Below, one piece after another: positions 1 through 10,390 of a DNA stretch of 64,000 nt. Under the pieces are notes generated by a model. It searched no databases. It saw nothing but the letters and a program-made list of their open reading frames with translations, and had not been told where the DNA came from. The position numbers and the translations under genes are program-made. How positions within the stretch are numbered: position 1 is the first letter of the stretch; the number at the start of each line of letters is the position of its first letter. This DNA comes from an uncultured Gammaproteobacteria bacterium (lineage in GTDB: Bacteria > Patescibacteriota > Microgenomatia > CAYQLK01), in assembly GCA_964404855.1 (NCBI GenBank), contig CAYOLO010000001.1:30245-94244 (forward strand), given 5' to 3'.

Positions 1-1029
1 CCAACCTCGACTCCGACACAAATTCCTGAACCAACTCAAACACCTGCACCGACAGCAACACCAATAGTTCGCCCGAGGTACATATCTTCACTACAAGATC
101 CAGTTCAGCCAGAAGCAACGAAAATTGTTGTTGGCGGAGCAAGTGATTACGTTGTGGGGAGTAGATTCACACTGAATTTTGGTACCCCAACTAGCGAAAC
201 GATACAGGTTATCGCTGTTGGATTCGAAAGAAGACCAAATCATGGTGTAAACATTTTAACGCTCAATCAGGCTCTACTGTTTGCTCACACAGTCGGCGAG
301 AGCTTGACAGAAGCGCAAGCGGAATCCGTACCCATTCCTGTCAGCCCAGCAAATGTTAGTTTCGTGTTTGACCCATCTACGTCAGATGAAGATCGCGAAC
401 TAATTGTGAATGCAATTGCATTTGCTCACAACTTCTTTTCTGAGAATCTCGGTCGCACCGTTACAGACCAGATAGAAGTTAAGACACTTCAGCAAGGATG
501 CTTGAATGGAGGACAATACGTCGCCTATCCTGGTGGTCTCTGTATCACCATAGGAACAGGCGAATGGTTGTCGTTAAGCAAGAATGGCAAAGCTAAGATT
601 TTGGCTCATGAGTACTATCATATCCTCCAGATTTCAGTTGGGTGCATTCAGTGGGGGGATTTCTTCACCTACTACAACACCCCCAACTGGCTAACGGAAG
701 GAGCGGCAGAATTCGTAGCTAGTCTCGTTTTGTCATACTCAGGCGGAACCCCCATAGAAGCCTCACGGCTTTCATTGAAGCAGAACATCGAGATTAATCC
801 ACCTGATGCTTTGAGTCGGTACGAGACGCAAGCAGTGAGGCTTCGGTATGATCTTGCTGCTTTAGCGTCAGACCGAATCTCAGGCGGTAGCGCACCAAAA
901 CTATTGGCCTACTGTAGCCTTAGGGCAAACGGCCAAGAGTGGCACGAATCGGCTTTCCAGGCTTTCGGACTTACTGTCCCAGAATTCTACGAGCAGTTCG
1001 AGCTTTACCGCGCGAACGGCTACAAGTAA
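1..1029 (+). CDS. 5'-partial secreted protein: Pro/Thr-rich linker then a domain with an HEYYH (HExxH-type) motif; putative Zn-metallopeptidase-like
   Basis: The frame is open from the window edge through the Met at 154. It contains the LAHEYYHILQ motif. GC is about 49% against about 33% for most of the window. Confidence 0.45.
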   Translation, partial: PTSTPTQIPEPTQTPAPTATPIVRPRYISSLQDPVQPEATKIVVGGASDYVVGSRFTLNFGTPTSETIQVIAVGFERRPNHGVNILTLNQALLFAHTVGESLTEAQAESVPIPVSPANVSFVFDPSTSDEDRELIVNAIAFAHNFFSENLGRTVTDQIEVKTLQQGCLNGGQYVAYPGGLCITIGTGEWLSLSKNGKAKILAHEYYHILQISVGCIQWGDFFTYYNTPNWLTEGAAEFVASLVLSYSGGTPIEASRLSLKQNIEINPPDALSRYETQAVRLRYDLAALASDRISGGSAPKLLAYCSLRANGQEWHESAFQAFGLTVPEFYEQFELYRANGYK

Positions 1030-1045
1030 GGAGGTATACACTATA

Positions 1046-1085
1046 CAGCCCAGCTGCACAAATCGTGCAGCTGGGCTTTTTCTTT
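1046..1085 (+). terminator. intrinsic terminator
   Basis: GC-rich hairpin CAGCCCAGCTGCAC/GTGCAGCTGGGCT followed by a T-run, directly after the stop at 1029. Confidence 0.7.
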
Positions 1086-1101
1086 GTCTAAAGTGAAAAA
1101 C

Positions 1102-1494
1102 TTATTCGACTACAAATATTTTCCCAACCATATATGGGGAAATATGATCATGCATCCCCCATTCACCAACTTTGTCAAAAACGAAACTCCAAGACTCCCC
1201 TGGTTCGATAGTTTTGCGAGGGTCAAAGTCGGAATATTGACTGTGCGAAGGGTGCAAGTCAGATGCTGGCCAGTGATAAAAAGTGTCAGAATTCTTAAAA
1301 GTTACTTTTGTGCCTTTTGTAATTTTTATTTCATCGGGAATATATCCATCTGAGGTCATTTCTATTACTACTTCTCCTGATTGGGTAATTGGGGTAGGTT
1401 TTGGTGAGTCTTTATGGTTGTTTAGACTATCAGAAGTACTACAACCAAATACAACAAATGGGGTTATAAAAAATATAATATTTTTTAACTTCAT
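1102..1494 (-). CDS. cupredoxin-like domain lipoprotein (free-standing)
   Basis: Signal peptide with a lipobox-like VVFGC. The motifs HWPASDLHPSH and WGMHDHISPYMVGKIFV are paralogous to the N-terminal domain of the 6847-8298 protein. Confidence 0.55.
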   Translation of the reverse strand: MKLKNIIFFITPFVVFGCSTSDSLNNHKDSPKPTPITQSGEVVIEMTSDGYIPDEIKITKGTKVTFKNSDTFYHWPASDLHPSHSQYSDFDPRKTIEPGESWSFVFDKVGEWGMHDHISPYMVGKIFVVE

Positions 1495-1499
1495 ACTAT

Positions 1500-2867
1500 T
1501 TAATCAGGAATGTCTTTTTTTAAACAATCCTCAAAATATTCCAGTTCACCTTTTTGACAAAATTCAATTAATATTTGGGCATCATAGTAGTTTTCGTTAT
1601 TGGCAGCCCCCAAGGCAATATAACAACTTGATTTGTTTTCAACTTCGGCAAGTTTACAGATTTCGAATGGTACTGTGTTGCTAAGTAGAGGATCCCTAAG
1701 AATTGAATACCTAACTGCCCCACCGTAGCAATATTTTCTAAACTCTTTTTTGGAGTCTCTCTGGCAACTTTCTACCACTACTTTTGGTTTGTGGTTAGAG
1801 TTGACTAAGAGAAGATTGGCGCCCGAATCATAACATCTGTGGATATAGTTACGCTTTTTTTTAGGGTCTTTTTCGGGAATATTTTCACAATTTGAAAATA
1901 CTACTTTTGTATCTTGACTACCGGTACGCCCTGGCACATGGCTGAAACATTGACCGACAAATTTTTCGGGTATTTCTAGACAGGGAAAATAAACATCATC
2001 TTTATTGTAAAGCTTGTTGACATTAGACAGATAGTCAACATCACTTGTTCCTGGGACACTGCCAGCATGAAATGTCCCTGATAGACAAAGTTGGACTTCG
2101 TCACTACCAAAAGTTGGACTTAAGCTATCGCAAATTGCCAAAGTTTCGTTAAGACTTTGATCTGTAAATATTGCCATACCGTGACCAAACCAATGTAGAC
2201 ACTGATTAATAAAATACTGCTTTGATTGTATGGCTGGATTTTCCATACAGGCTTTTTGAACAACTCTAGTCCTATCTTTAGCTGGTAATTTGCCTAGACC
2301 GACCTCAATTACCCCATGATAACAACCAAAGGCACCCCACCCATCACAATCAACCAAGGCCTTGCCCAGACTATCGATAAGTTTTAATTCCACATCACTG
2401 AAGCCCTCAGTCGATTTAATGACCCCATTAGTGTTTTGACTGTCTTCAAAATATTTAACTGCAAAATCTCCAATCGTGTGAGATAAATCATGACTATAGG
2501 AAAGTAAAAACGGGTGCTCTTCAGCAACCGGCTCGATCACATCCAACGCCACTCTTGCGCCCTTTTTGGCGGACAAATCTCGCATTAAATTATTTACGCA
2601 TCGTTCAGACTCAACTTCATTGTTGTTAATACAATTTTTAGCTTGTTTTTGAAATTTTTCTATTTCTTTGCGATATTTTGCTGAGTTATTGGTTGCCAAT
2701 GGATTGGCATTGTAATAGGCATCATCTGGCGAAATATAATAAGAATTGAGAGTAATAAAGGGTTCAAAATTAGCGATTTTTTCGTTTTTGACTGATAAGA
2801 CACCAATACCAAAAACCAGAACGGCGCTTAGTATAAGTATTATTTTTTTATGTTTGAAAATTTTCAT
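1500..2867 (-). CDS. secreted Cys/His-rich paralog family member 1 (unknown function)
   Basis: N-terminal TM/signal. Motifs HxxSHxxG, CxxxxxxGCYHGV, CLHWFGHG and a degenerate GTFHAG. Alignable to ten other ORFs in the window. Confidence 0.6.
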   Translation of the reverse strand: MKIFKHKKIILILSAVLVFGIGVLSVKNEKIANFEPFITLNSYYISPDDAYYNANPLATNNSAKYRKEIEKFQKQAKNCINNNEVESERCVNNLMRDLSAKKGARVALDVIEPVAEEHPFLLSYSHDLSHTIGDFAVKYFEDSQNTNGVIKSTEGFSDVELKLIDSLGKALVDCDGWGAFGCYHGVIEVGLGKLPAKDRTRVVQKACMENPAIQSKQYFINQCLHWFGHGMAIFTDQSLNETLAICDSLSPTFGSDEVQLCLSGTFHAGSVPGTSDVDYLSNVNKLYNKDDVYFPCLEIPEKFVGQCFSHVPGRTGSQDTKVVFSNCENIPEKDPKKKRNYIHRCYDSGANLLLVNSNHKPKVVVESCQRDSKKEFRKYCYGGAVRYSILRDPLLSNTVPFEICKLAEVENKSSCYIALGAANNENYYDAQILIEFCQKGELEYFEDCLKKDIPD

Positions 2868-4009
2868 CTAGTATTAAAACAAGTCTCTCTATTATAAACG
2901 AACTTTTTACAAAACTCTTGTCTGTATGCTTCACCTTGCAATCTGGCGAGGTGAGAAGCTAATTGAATAAGACAGCTATCCTTTAATGTTTCAGAGGAGT
3001 TACATATTTCGACACTAAGATTCCCAAATGGATCGGTTACTAAACTAGATAAAATTGCTCCACTTAAGCAGATATCAATTTTTGTTTTTATGGCATTTTG
3101 ACAAACTTTGACTAACTCCTTGATATTGCCCTCGGTGATAAAGAAAAAATCTGCACCGAGCGAACCGACACACATATCAATATAACTATCAGATAATTCC
3201 ATACATGCCTTAAAGGAGTTAGGTATGTTATTAGTAGTTCTGTATGTATAGTTACCAATATTTCGAACACAAAGATCAAGATATGGCTGATTTAACTCCA
3301 AACAAAAACTATGAATATTATCTGGAAGTTTTTTGTTGTTATTGCCACTGATTGTGTCATCAATTGTTTCCATAAAAACACCACTTCCACACTCGACTTT
3401 TGCAATCTCGCTTTTTAATGAATCACAATATTTAAGTGAAAGCTTGGTGTCACTACCAGTAAACTCAGCTAATCCATGCCCCAAACCGTGATTGCAGGCA
3501 GTTAGTTGCTGACCAGGGAAATTATATTTAGCAAAAGAATCACATACCAGTGATAGATTAGTAAGGAGTTGTGTGTGCGCCTTTAGTGCACCAATGAGTA
3601 CTCCATGATAGCAAGCATTACCACACTCAGGTGTGCATTTTGACAACGACTCGCCAACATCTTTTGAATATTGACCATCTATCTCTCCCGCAATATGTCC
3701 CAAGGAATGGCATGCTATTTTTTGCGAATAATTATTAGTGGAACCATTTGTATATATTTTTTCCAACGCGATAATTGTTTTGGCCGCAGAATGTTCAATT
3801 ACAAAAGATTTTGACTTTTCTTTAAAACAGGCATTAAGTTTGGATTCGTCAGTATTTTCACAGATTTTTAACAAATTACGAACACTGTTTTCAATTTCTA
3901 AATCTCCGTTATTTTTTGTGACCTCGATAGGAGTTATATATTTTGAAAAAACAACGAAAAAAATAAAGAAAACAGACCAAATTAATAATATTATAAATTT
4001 GCGTTTCAC
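2864..4009 (-). CDS. secreted Cys/His-rich paralog family member 2
   Basis: Motifs CHSLGHIAG, CGNACYHGV, CNHGLGHG and GVFME. ATGA overlap with the downstream paralog. Confidence 0.6.
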   Translation of the reverse strand: MKRKFIILLIWSVFFIFFVVFSKYITPIEVTKNNGDLEIENSVRNLLKICENTDESKLNACFKEKSKSFVIEHSAAKTIIALEKIYTNGSTNNYSQKIACHSLGHIAGEIDGQYSKDVGESLSKCTPECGNACYHGVLIGALKAHTQLLTNLSLVCDSFAKYNFPGQQLTACNHGLGHGLAEFTGSDTKLSLKYCDSLKSEIAKVECGSGVFMETIDDTISGNNNKKLPDNIHSFCLELNQPYLDLCVRNIGNYTYRTTNNIPNSFKACMELSDSYIDMCVGSLGADFFFITEGNIKELVKVCQNAIKTKIDICLSGAILSSLVTDPFGNLSVEICNSSETLKDSCLIQLASHLARLQGEAYRQEFCKKFVYNRETCFNTR

Positions 4010-4064
4010 GATTTAATTATTTTGTGGCATATTAACGAATTATTTACTAACAAATCAAGGGTAA

Positions 4065-5234
4065 TTATTGTTGTTTTGTTTTATTAACAGAATCAAGACA
4101 AATTTCTTTTTTGTCAGAACTTAAAATATTACAAATATCGTTAATTTTTTCAGCTCTATTTGAAGAATTCATTCTTAATACAATTGCATCGAAACACTCT
4201 TTGGACTTAATTGGGTCAAAAGATGAACAAATTTCTACTCCTTTTCTAACTAAGGGGTCCGACATTACGCTTGATTCAAGCACACCAGAATAACATTCCT
4301 TTAGGTAGTTTTTTAAATACTGCGTACAAAAAGTCTCAAGTTTTTTATTGTCGCCCTGATAAACAAAAAACATATTTTGACCCAATGCACTTACACAACC
4401 ACCAACAAAACTACTTGGAACACTAATACAGGCATTTACAGACTCTTGTTCAGAATTATTTCGGATATATGCGTGAGTACCTGCGGTTATGTAACAAGTT
4501 TCTGCATATGTACCCCAAAGCGTTCCGCAAAATTTGGCAATATCATCAGGAAATTCTAATAATGCATGATCAAAACTAGATGGTTCGTATAATTCCATAA
4601 TTACACCTGCCCCACAATTTCTTTGCCCCTCTGTTGAATCTATTAGATCACAATACTTTAAGGATTGAGTCAAATCAAACCCTGATAAGTCAGCAACACC
4701 ATGACCTAACCCGTGAAAACAATCTGAATTGGTTGAAGCCTCTACTCCATTAATTTGATTTTTACAAAGAATTCCAATATTGTCCAAAATTTTGTACCCT
4801 GTCGAAATTGCGCCTTCAACAACACCATGAAAGCAGCCGGAAGTACAAATATTGGGACATTCTAAAATAGTTTTATTTAAATCTTTGGAATATGCACCAG
4901 CGGTTTGACCAACTGCATGTGCCACATCATGACACTGGTTAATACCGCCGCGATCAAAATCAACAGAATACAAATAGCGATTTTCTAACTCAGCCATCAT
5001 TGGCTTTAATCCAAATGTCTTGACTCCTTTTTCAAGGTTTTTTTTGTAACAAACAATATATTTAGTTCTTTCTTTGCTTTCTGAGCAGTTTTTGCTAGTT
5101 AAATCAAATATTTGAACTATTTCTTCGTTCGATTCTGTATTATGTTTCGAAGGATTATTGGTAAAAAAAAGCGAATATGCTACCCCAACAAAAAAAATGA
5201 GTACGAACGAAGCTATACGAAGTATCCTTGTCAC
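4065..5234 (-). CDS. secreted Cys/His-rich paralog family member 3
   Basis: Motifs CHDVAHAVG, CTSGCFHGV, CFHGLGHG and GVIME. Confidence 0.6.
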   Translation of the reverse strand: MTRILRIASFVLIFFVGVAYSLFFTNNPSKHNTESNEEIVQIFDLTSKNCSESKERTKYIVCYKKNLEKGVKTFGLKPMMAELENRYLYSVDFDRGGINQCHDVAHAVGQTAGAYSKDLNKTILECPNICTSGCFHGVVEGAISTGYKILDNIGILCKNQINGVEASTNSDCFHGLGHGVADLSGFDLTQSLKYCDLIDSTEGQRNCGAGVIMELYEPSSFDHALLEFPDDIAKFCGTLWGTYAETCYITAGTHAYIRNNSEQESVNACISVPSSFVGGCVSALGQNMFFVYQGDNKKLETFCTQYLKNYLKECYSGVLESSVMSDPLVRKGVEICSSFDPIKSKECFDAIVLRMNSSNRAEKINDICNILSSDKKEICLDSVNKTKQQ

Positions 5235-5262
5235 AAGTTTGGTAGATAAAGCTTAAAAATAT

Positions 5263-5829
5263 TTATGGAATATTTATGTATCCGCTTTCTTTATCGTCAC
5301 ATTGAAGACCATAAAATCCAATACCGTTTCCAAAGTCAGCAATGACCTTAATTGAGTCATTTGCTTTGAGGTCATAGCTTTTTTCCCAAATTTTTAGCTT
5401 GTGATTAACCTTATCTTTATTTTTAATTTCAAATTCTTTACCTAAGCCGATTTTGGCAACTTTTGGTGTAGCTTCACAATTGGATAATTCGACAATATTA
5501 GTATCTACCGAATTTTTGAAAAGATCTTGAATTTTTGCATCACTCGTAGAGTTTTCCTGCTTAACATCCTGTGAAGCATTATTGGACTTGGCTGGTACAG
5601 TATCTGATTGAGAAATGTTGATTATTTTATTAGAAAAAAACTTATTTCCAAATATGTTGCCCAAGAAAAGAGCTGATGCTAAAAAAGCTACCAACGCAAT
5701 CCCGTTTGCAATTTTAGAGAAAAATGTTTTTTGAGAGTGTTTAACCTCTTTACTTGATTGAGAAGCTTTTTTTCCTTTAACTGTTGTTTTTTTTACGGTT
5801 TTGTTTGGCATTTGTTTGTAATTACACAA
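5263..5829 (-). CDS. hypothetical membrane-anchored protein
   Basis: Lys-rich N-terminus followed by a TM helix. No recognised domain. Confidence 0.4.
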   Translation of the reverse strand: MCNYKQMPNKTVKKTTVKGKKASQSSKEVKHSQKTFFSKIANGIALVAFLASALFLGNIFGNKFFSNKIINISQSDTVPAKSNNASQDVKQENSTSDAKIQDLFKNSVDTNIVELSNCEATPKVAKIGLGKEFEIKNKDKVNHKLKIWEKSYDLKANDSIKVIADFGNGIGFYGLQCDDKESGYINIP

Positions 5830-6890
5830 TAATACTGATTCATTTTATCATGACAGGACTTGGCAAAATCTGTGGATAACAAGTCGCAAAATCCCATAGA
5901 GTCTTGTTTGCCTATACCTAATAATACTTCAACGCTTTTTTCGATGCAATAACTTTGATAGCTGCCGCCTGATATTGACATACAGATTTCTTTGACTTTA
6001 TTGCCTTGATATCCATCGACTACAGGAATCATTCTTCCAATGCCACCAAAACAATTTTCTTTTGCTGTTTTTTCAACAACCCCCTCACATAACTCAACCA
6101 TTTTTTGGAAATCATTAAAATAAACCCCTGCCCACCATGCTGGTTGTTCAAAGTAACAATCATTGGCATATTTATCGTTGATTTCGTTGCACGGCTCAAG
6201 AGGATTATTATTGTCAAGAGGCCTTAATTCGATTTCACCCGAATCTAAACTTTGCATTGTTCGTGTGTTGTATTCCATGAATACTCCATTATTACAACCG
6301 TTAATGGATGATATTGAAGACAAGCTTTCACAGTCTTTTAATGCGCTTTTTAGTCCTTCGAGATCGTAACCATTTAGGTACAAAACTCCATGGCCTAATC
6401 CGTGTATACAACCACCGTATTTTAGTGGCTGACTACCATCGCCAAAGCAATATTTGTCTCCAGATTGATATAAGTCTTTTCCCTCTTTTTCAAAGGCTTT
6501 AATAAAAAACCCGTGATAGCAACCATATGAAAATGCTTCGTCACAAATTAGTAACCCATCCATACCTCCATGAGAGTATATTTCCGTGCCTATCCAATGA
6601 GCTAGATTATGAACTTTGGTTTGGTCGATTTGACTATATCGATTTTTAAACACCTCGTACACCTCTTTATTTGATAAGCTGTTAAATACTTTTGTCAAAA
6701 TTGCCTTTTCTGTTCGGTAATCATAAGTGCTGTTAGTTACAACTGGAAGAGTCTCCTCGGTGTTTTGATTGTTATTTGAAAAAAAAACTGTCCCTACTAC
6801 GCCGACAATTATCAATATTATTGACCCACTAATGAATATGGTTTTTTTAATTTTTGTCAGTTTCACAAACATATTGATATTCTTTTTCAA
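5793..6890 (-). CDS. secreted Cys/His-rich paralog family member 4
   Basis: Motifs VHNLAHWIG, SYGCYHGF, CIHGLGHG and GVFMEY. Confidence 0.6.
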   Translation of the reverse strand: MKKNINMFVKLTKIKKTIFISGSIILIIVGVVGTVFFSNNNQNTEETLPVVTNSTYDYRTEKAILTKVFNSLSNKEVYEVFKNRYSQIDQTKVHNLAHWIGTEIYSHGGMDGLLICDEAFSYGCYHGFFIKAFEKEGKDLYQSGDKYCFGDGSQPLKYGGCIHGLGHGVLYLNGYDLEGLKSALKDCESLSSISSINGCNNGVFMEYNTRTMQSLDSGEIELRPLDNNNPLEPCNEINDKYANDCYFEQPAWWAGVYFNDFQKMVELCEGVVEKTAKENCFGGIGRMIPVVDGYQGNKVKEICMSISGGSYQSYCIEKSVEVLLGIGKQDSMGFCDLLSTDFAKSCHDKMNQYYCVITNKCQTKP

Positions 6891-8298
6891 TTTTCGAACA
6901 TAGGCTTTTTATTTTTTCCTCTGAAAAACTATTAATTGTCATTAATGAATAAAGATCTGAATAGCAGTTCTTCTTACCTTCACCAAGACTTGCAAGTTGA
7001 CATAAATTAAAGGGGGCGTTTTGGTCACCCAAGGCAAAAAGTGAATTGCTTATACCTGCAATACACCTATCTGCTAATTTTTGCTTCATATACGAGCAAT
7101 AAAGTTGAATTAATTTGGGGTCGTTCTTGGTTGCGGTACTGATAATTCTTCCAATATTATTTGCACATTCAACTTGATACTTGTCAGGAATTAGATCACA
7201 ATTTTTAGCAGTTTTTTTAATATCTCCTTTATTTACCCTGAACCACCAACTTGCTTGTTCTAAATAACAATAAGATTGATGTTTATCATCAAATTTATTA
7301 CATGGGAGTAATAAATCATTTTCGCTTAGAAATGGATGTTTGTCGGGAGTAAACCCATTGTGATCGCCTAAAGTATTCTCCATAAACGCTCCAATATAGC
7401 AATGTTTAAGATCATCTTCTTTATAATCACCCAACTGTTCACAGGTATCAATTGCTTTAAAAATATCATAATCTGCTTCCGCAGTAAATGCGTGTCCAGC
7501 AGCATGCAAACACATTTGGTTTTTGAAAATTGACAGTGTTTGACAGTGCTGCATCATTGACCTCACACCATCTAGGCCTATATCTGAAATCGCTGTAATA
7601 ACTACACCGTGTGAACAGCCATTTAATTCATCATTTTGACAAATTGGCAGAGCTTTTTCTTCGTACATTTCATATGCTACTTCTCCAATAATATGAGCTA
7701 CAAGATGAGTTTCACCAAATTTGGTAATCGGAGATTCGTTTAATAATTCTATGGCTATTTCAGGACCGACTTTGTGTGCCAAGGTCCTAGCAAGGGTCAG
7801 TCTTTTTGGTGAATTTTCATTCTTCTCTATTTCCCTCATTAACACTTTGCCTTCTTCTTTCGTCCACGATAAATCGTCATTATCGCCATAGAAAGAAATG
7901 ACTTTAATTTTTCCTCCCATGCTGGGGTTTAAATGATCATGAAAAAACCAGGTGCCATTATTTTGAATTTTAAACTTCCAGGATTCTCCAGGTTTTATTG
8001 GCGTTTGTGAGTCGAACTCGGGATAATTTTGATGGGTGGGATGTAAATTAGAAGCGGGCTGATGAGAAACGGTGTCATTGTTGATAAAAGTAATTATCGA
8101 GCCACTAGAAACTAAAACTTTTCTTGGTTCAAAACCATTACCTGTAATGACAATATCAATATTTTTATTTTGAGGAAGATATAAAGGTATGGCTGAGAAA
8201 TTAAAATCTTTAACATTAACTACCCCTGATACAAACACAAAAACGACTAATGCAGAAATTATCGGCAAAATAACTGGAATAATTACTTTCTTAATCAC
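6847..8298 (-). CDS. cupredoxin-like domain fused to Cys/His-rich paralog (family member 5)
   Basis: The N-terminal domain (HQPASNLHPTH, WFFHDHLNPSMGGKIKV) is paralogous to the 1102-1494 protein. The C-terminal half carries HLVAHIIG, NGCSHGV, CLHAAGHA and GAFME. Confidence 0.6.
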   Translation of the reverse strand: MIKKVIIPVILPIISALVVFVFVSGVVNVKDFNFSAIPLYLPQNKNIDIVITGNGFEPRKVLVSSGSIITFINNDTVSHQPASNLHPTHQNYPEFDSQTPIKPGESWKFKIQNNGTWFFHDHLNPSMGGKIKVISFYGDNDDLSWTKEEGKVLMREIEKNENSPKRLTLARTLAHKVGPEIAIELLNESPITKFGETHLVAHIIGEVAYEMYEEKALPICQNDELNGCSHGVVITAISDIGLDGVRSMMQHCQTLSIFKNQMCLHAAGHAFTAEADYDIFKAIDTCEQLGDYKEDDLKHCYIGAFMENTLGDHNGFTPDKHPFLSENDLLLPCNKFDDKHQSYCYLEQASWWFRVNKGDIKKTAKNCDLIPDKYQVECANNIGRIISTATKNDPKLIQLYCSYMKQKLADRCIAGISNSLFALGDQNAPFNLCQLASLGEGKKNCYSDLYSLMTINSFSEEKIKSLCSKIEKEYQYVCETDKN

Positions 8299-8328
8299 AG
8301 GATTAGTTTAAACAATTAGTTGGAAATA

Positions 8329-9078
8329 TTATATACAGGTTTTGTGTATATAACTTGCTGCTGTTTCTTTTGGCACAAAGCAAGCTGCGGTCGAAGTACC
8401 TTTTTCACTCGTCTGAATCAAAATTGGAGCTCTAACACTAATACCTAATTTATCTCCCGAGCTCGAACTAGCTACAGATGCACAATCTTGAATTGTACCC
8501 CCGTCGGGACTTTCAGGGTTGGTGATACCAGAACAAGCAAGTTTGCCTACTAAGTCAACATATTCTTTGTTGAAATATGCCGTAATTGAAGTCTCTGCCA
8601 GTTTTTGATTAACATTGGCACCTGTGTCTAGGGCCCACGTTCGAATGTATCTCGGAGTATTGTTTGAGGTACCAGTCACATATAAAACAAAAAATGCTTT
8701 ACTATTAACTGTCCATGTTCCAACATAAACATCGCCTGTTTCCTCTGCTTTTGTAACAAGTTTAATTTCAAGTGAGGTTGGCTTGTACTCGTTTTGATAC
8801 ACTTTTGTGAAAATGTCAGAAATATAACTTAATCCAGACTCTGGAAGGTCAGTGGAATAATTAATTCCCCCAATATTTCTTCCAACTGTATTTTCTTGCG
8901 GTGTTGGTACTAAGTTGGGTTTTTTACTTAAAAAATTGCTGTTTATAAAATTAAAACCTAAACCAAATATTGATCCAATTCCAATTAATATAAGTATGAA
9001 AATAATATATTTAACAATCGACCCGCTTGGCCTATTTGCTTGAGAATTACTGATGTTTTTTTGGGTTTTAGTTTTCAT
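8329..9078 (-). CDS. hypothetical secreted/membrane-anchored protein
   Basis: N-terminal TM helix. No recognised motif. Confidence 0.4.
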   Translation of the reverse strand: MKTKTQKNISNSQANRPSGSIVKYIIFILILIGIGSIFGLGFNFINSNFLSKKPNLVPTPQENTVGRNIGGINYSTDLPESGLSYISDIFTKVYQNEYKPTSLEIKLVTKAEETGDVYVGTWTVNSKAFFVLYVTGTSNNTPRYIRTWALDTGANVNQKLAETSITAYFNKEYVDLVGKLACSGITNPESPDGGTIQDCASVASSSSGDKLGISVRAPILIQTSEKGTSTAACFVPKETAASYIHKTCI

Positions 9079-9127
9079 TTTGTTACAAGGTAATTATATG
9101 CAAGCAGCTTGAGTATGGCAAATTGAA

Positions 9128-10390
9128 TTAATCTCCAATATTTATACTCTGTCCAGACCCTTTGTCGACCAAACACAAATCTCCGTACTTTCTGTTTTTT
9201 TCACTGCAAGTTTTTTTTACACTGTCGCCAGAGAATAAACCAGAATTCGACATTGTATAAATCATAGCAAAACATTTTGACGCAAAATCGTTATTCTCAA
9301 GACTGTCGCAAAAATCTACGGTTTGAGATAATTTTTCGGGCACAGTGGAGAGTGTGCTGCCGACGATATTAGCATAGCACTGATTTTCAAACTCGGGATC
9401 TAAAGCTTGAGGGATCTTACACAATTTGGACATTTTGTTTAAGTCAAACCCGTAGCTCGCTGTCAGAATACCTATGGCATGTGTTTTACATTTATTTCTG
9501 CCTTCTGTTGATGGAGATTCATTACACAGGTCAAAAACTTTGTTCGGTTCTTGTGAATATTTAACTACAGCCGCGTGTGTTATTTCTTCCCAACAAGCCA
9601 TCGCAATTGGATCAGAATATTTTTTACACATTAGTTCCATTTCATCAAGCCTGGCCGACCAGTCTAAATATTTTTCTGTCACAATTTTGTGATCAATCAG
9701 ATTAAGAGCGGTGATGTTTTCCATAAATACGCCTTGATTGCAGTAGTGGTTTTGAAGTGTTTGAGTAAATACCTTACAAGTATTGAGAGCTTCATCAATA
9801 TCACCACCAAATGAAACCAGAACTATATGACCGACAATATGATTACAATCGTTAATTGGATTATCACCACAGACAGAAATGATATTTTCATTAGTGATTT
9901 TGCCTTCAGGTAATGTTCCAATATAGGCTTCCACTATTCCATGCTGAGCTCCATAGTTACAAGTTTGGTTGATTTTGGGCAGATTCTGGCGCCAGTTGCT
10001 AGGATCTTTTAAATACTCACCTGTTCCTATTCCATGTGCAATCCAATGACAACCAAGTGCCACGATGTCGATTTTTTTCAACTCCTCAAGTTTTTTAAAG
10101 GCGTAAACGCTGCCATGCTGAGCTGAAATTTTCTTGAACTCCGAAGAATAACAATATTCCCTACTGTCAAGAAAAGTTGACTGATATTTTTCTGAACATT
10201 TTGTAAATATTGAATATATGTCTTGATTGTTATTGTCCTTATTTAGATTAGAGTTAATAAAAATAAAAGTAAGAATAGAAGAAATAGAAATAATCAGTAC
10301 ACCTAAGATAATCTTTATAGATTTGTAAGACCTTGAGTTTCTTTTTTGCAATTTTGAAACGCTGATTTGTTTGATTTTATTGACTGACAT
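9128..10390 (-). CDS. secreted Cys/His-rich paralog family member 6
   Basis: Motifs GCHWIAHGIG, DCNHIVGHI and GVFMEN. Confidence 0.55.
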   Translation of the reverse strand: MSVNKIKQISVSKLQKRNSRSYKSIKIILGVLIISISSILTFIFINSNLNKDNNNQDIYSIFTKCSEKYQSTFLDSREYCYSSEFKKISAQHGSVYAFKKLEELKKIDIVALGCHWIAHGIGTGEYLKDPSNWRQNLPKINQTCNYGAQHGIVEAYIGTLPEGKITNENIISVCGDNPINDCNHIVGHIVLVSFGGDIDEALNTCKVFTQTLQNHYCNQGVFMENITALNLIDHKIVTEKYLDWSARLDEMELMCKKYSDPIAMACWEEITHAAVVKYSQEPNKVFDLCNESPSTEGRNKCKTHAIGILTASYGFDLNKMSKLCKIPQALDPEFENQCYANIVGSTLSTVPEKLSQTVDFCDSLENNDFASKCFAMIYTMSNSGLFSGDSVKKTCSEKNRKYGDLCLVDKGSGQSINIGD

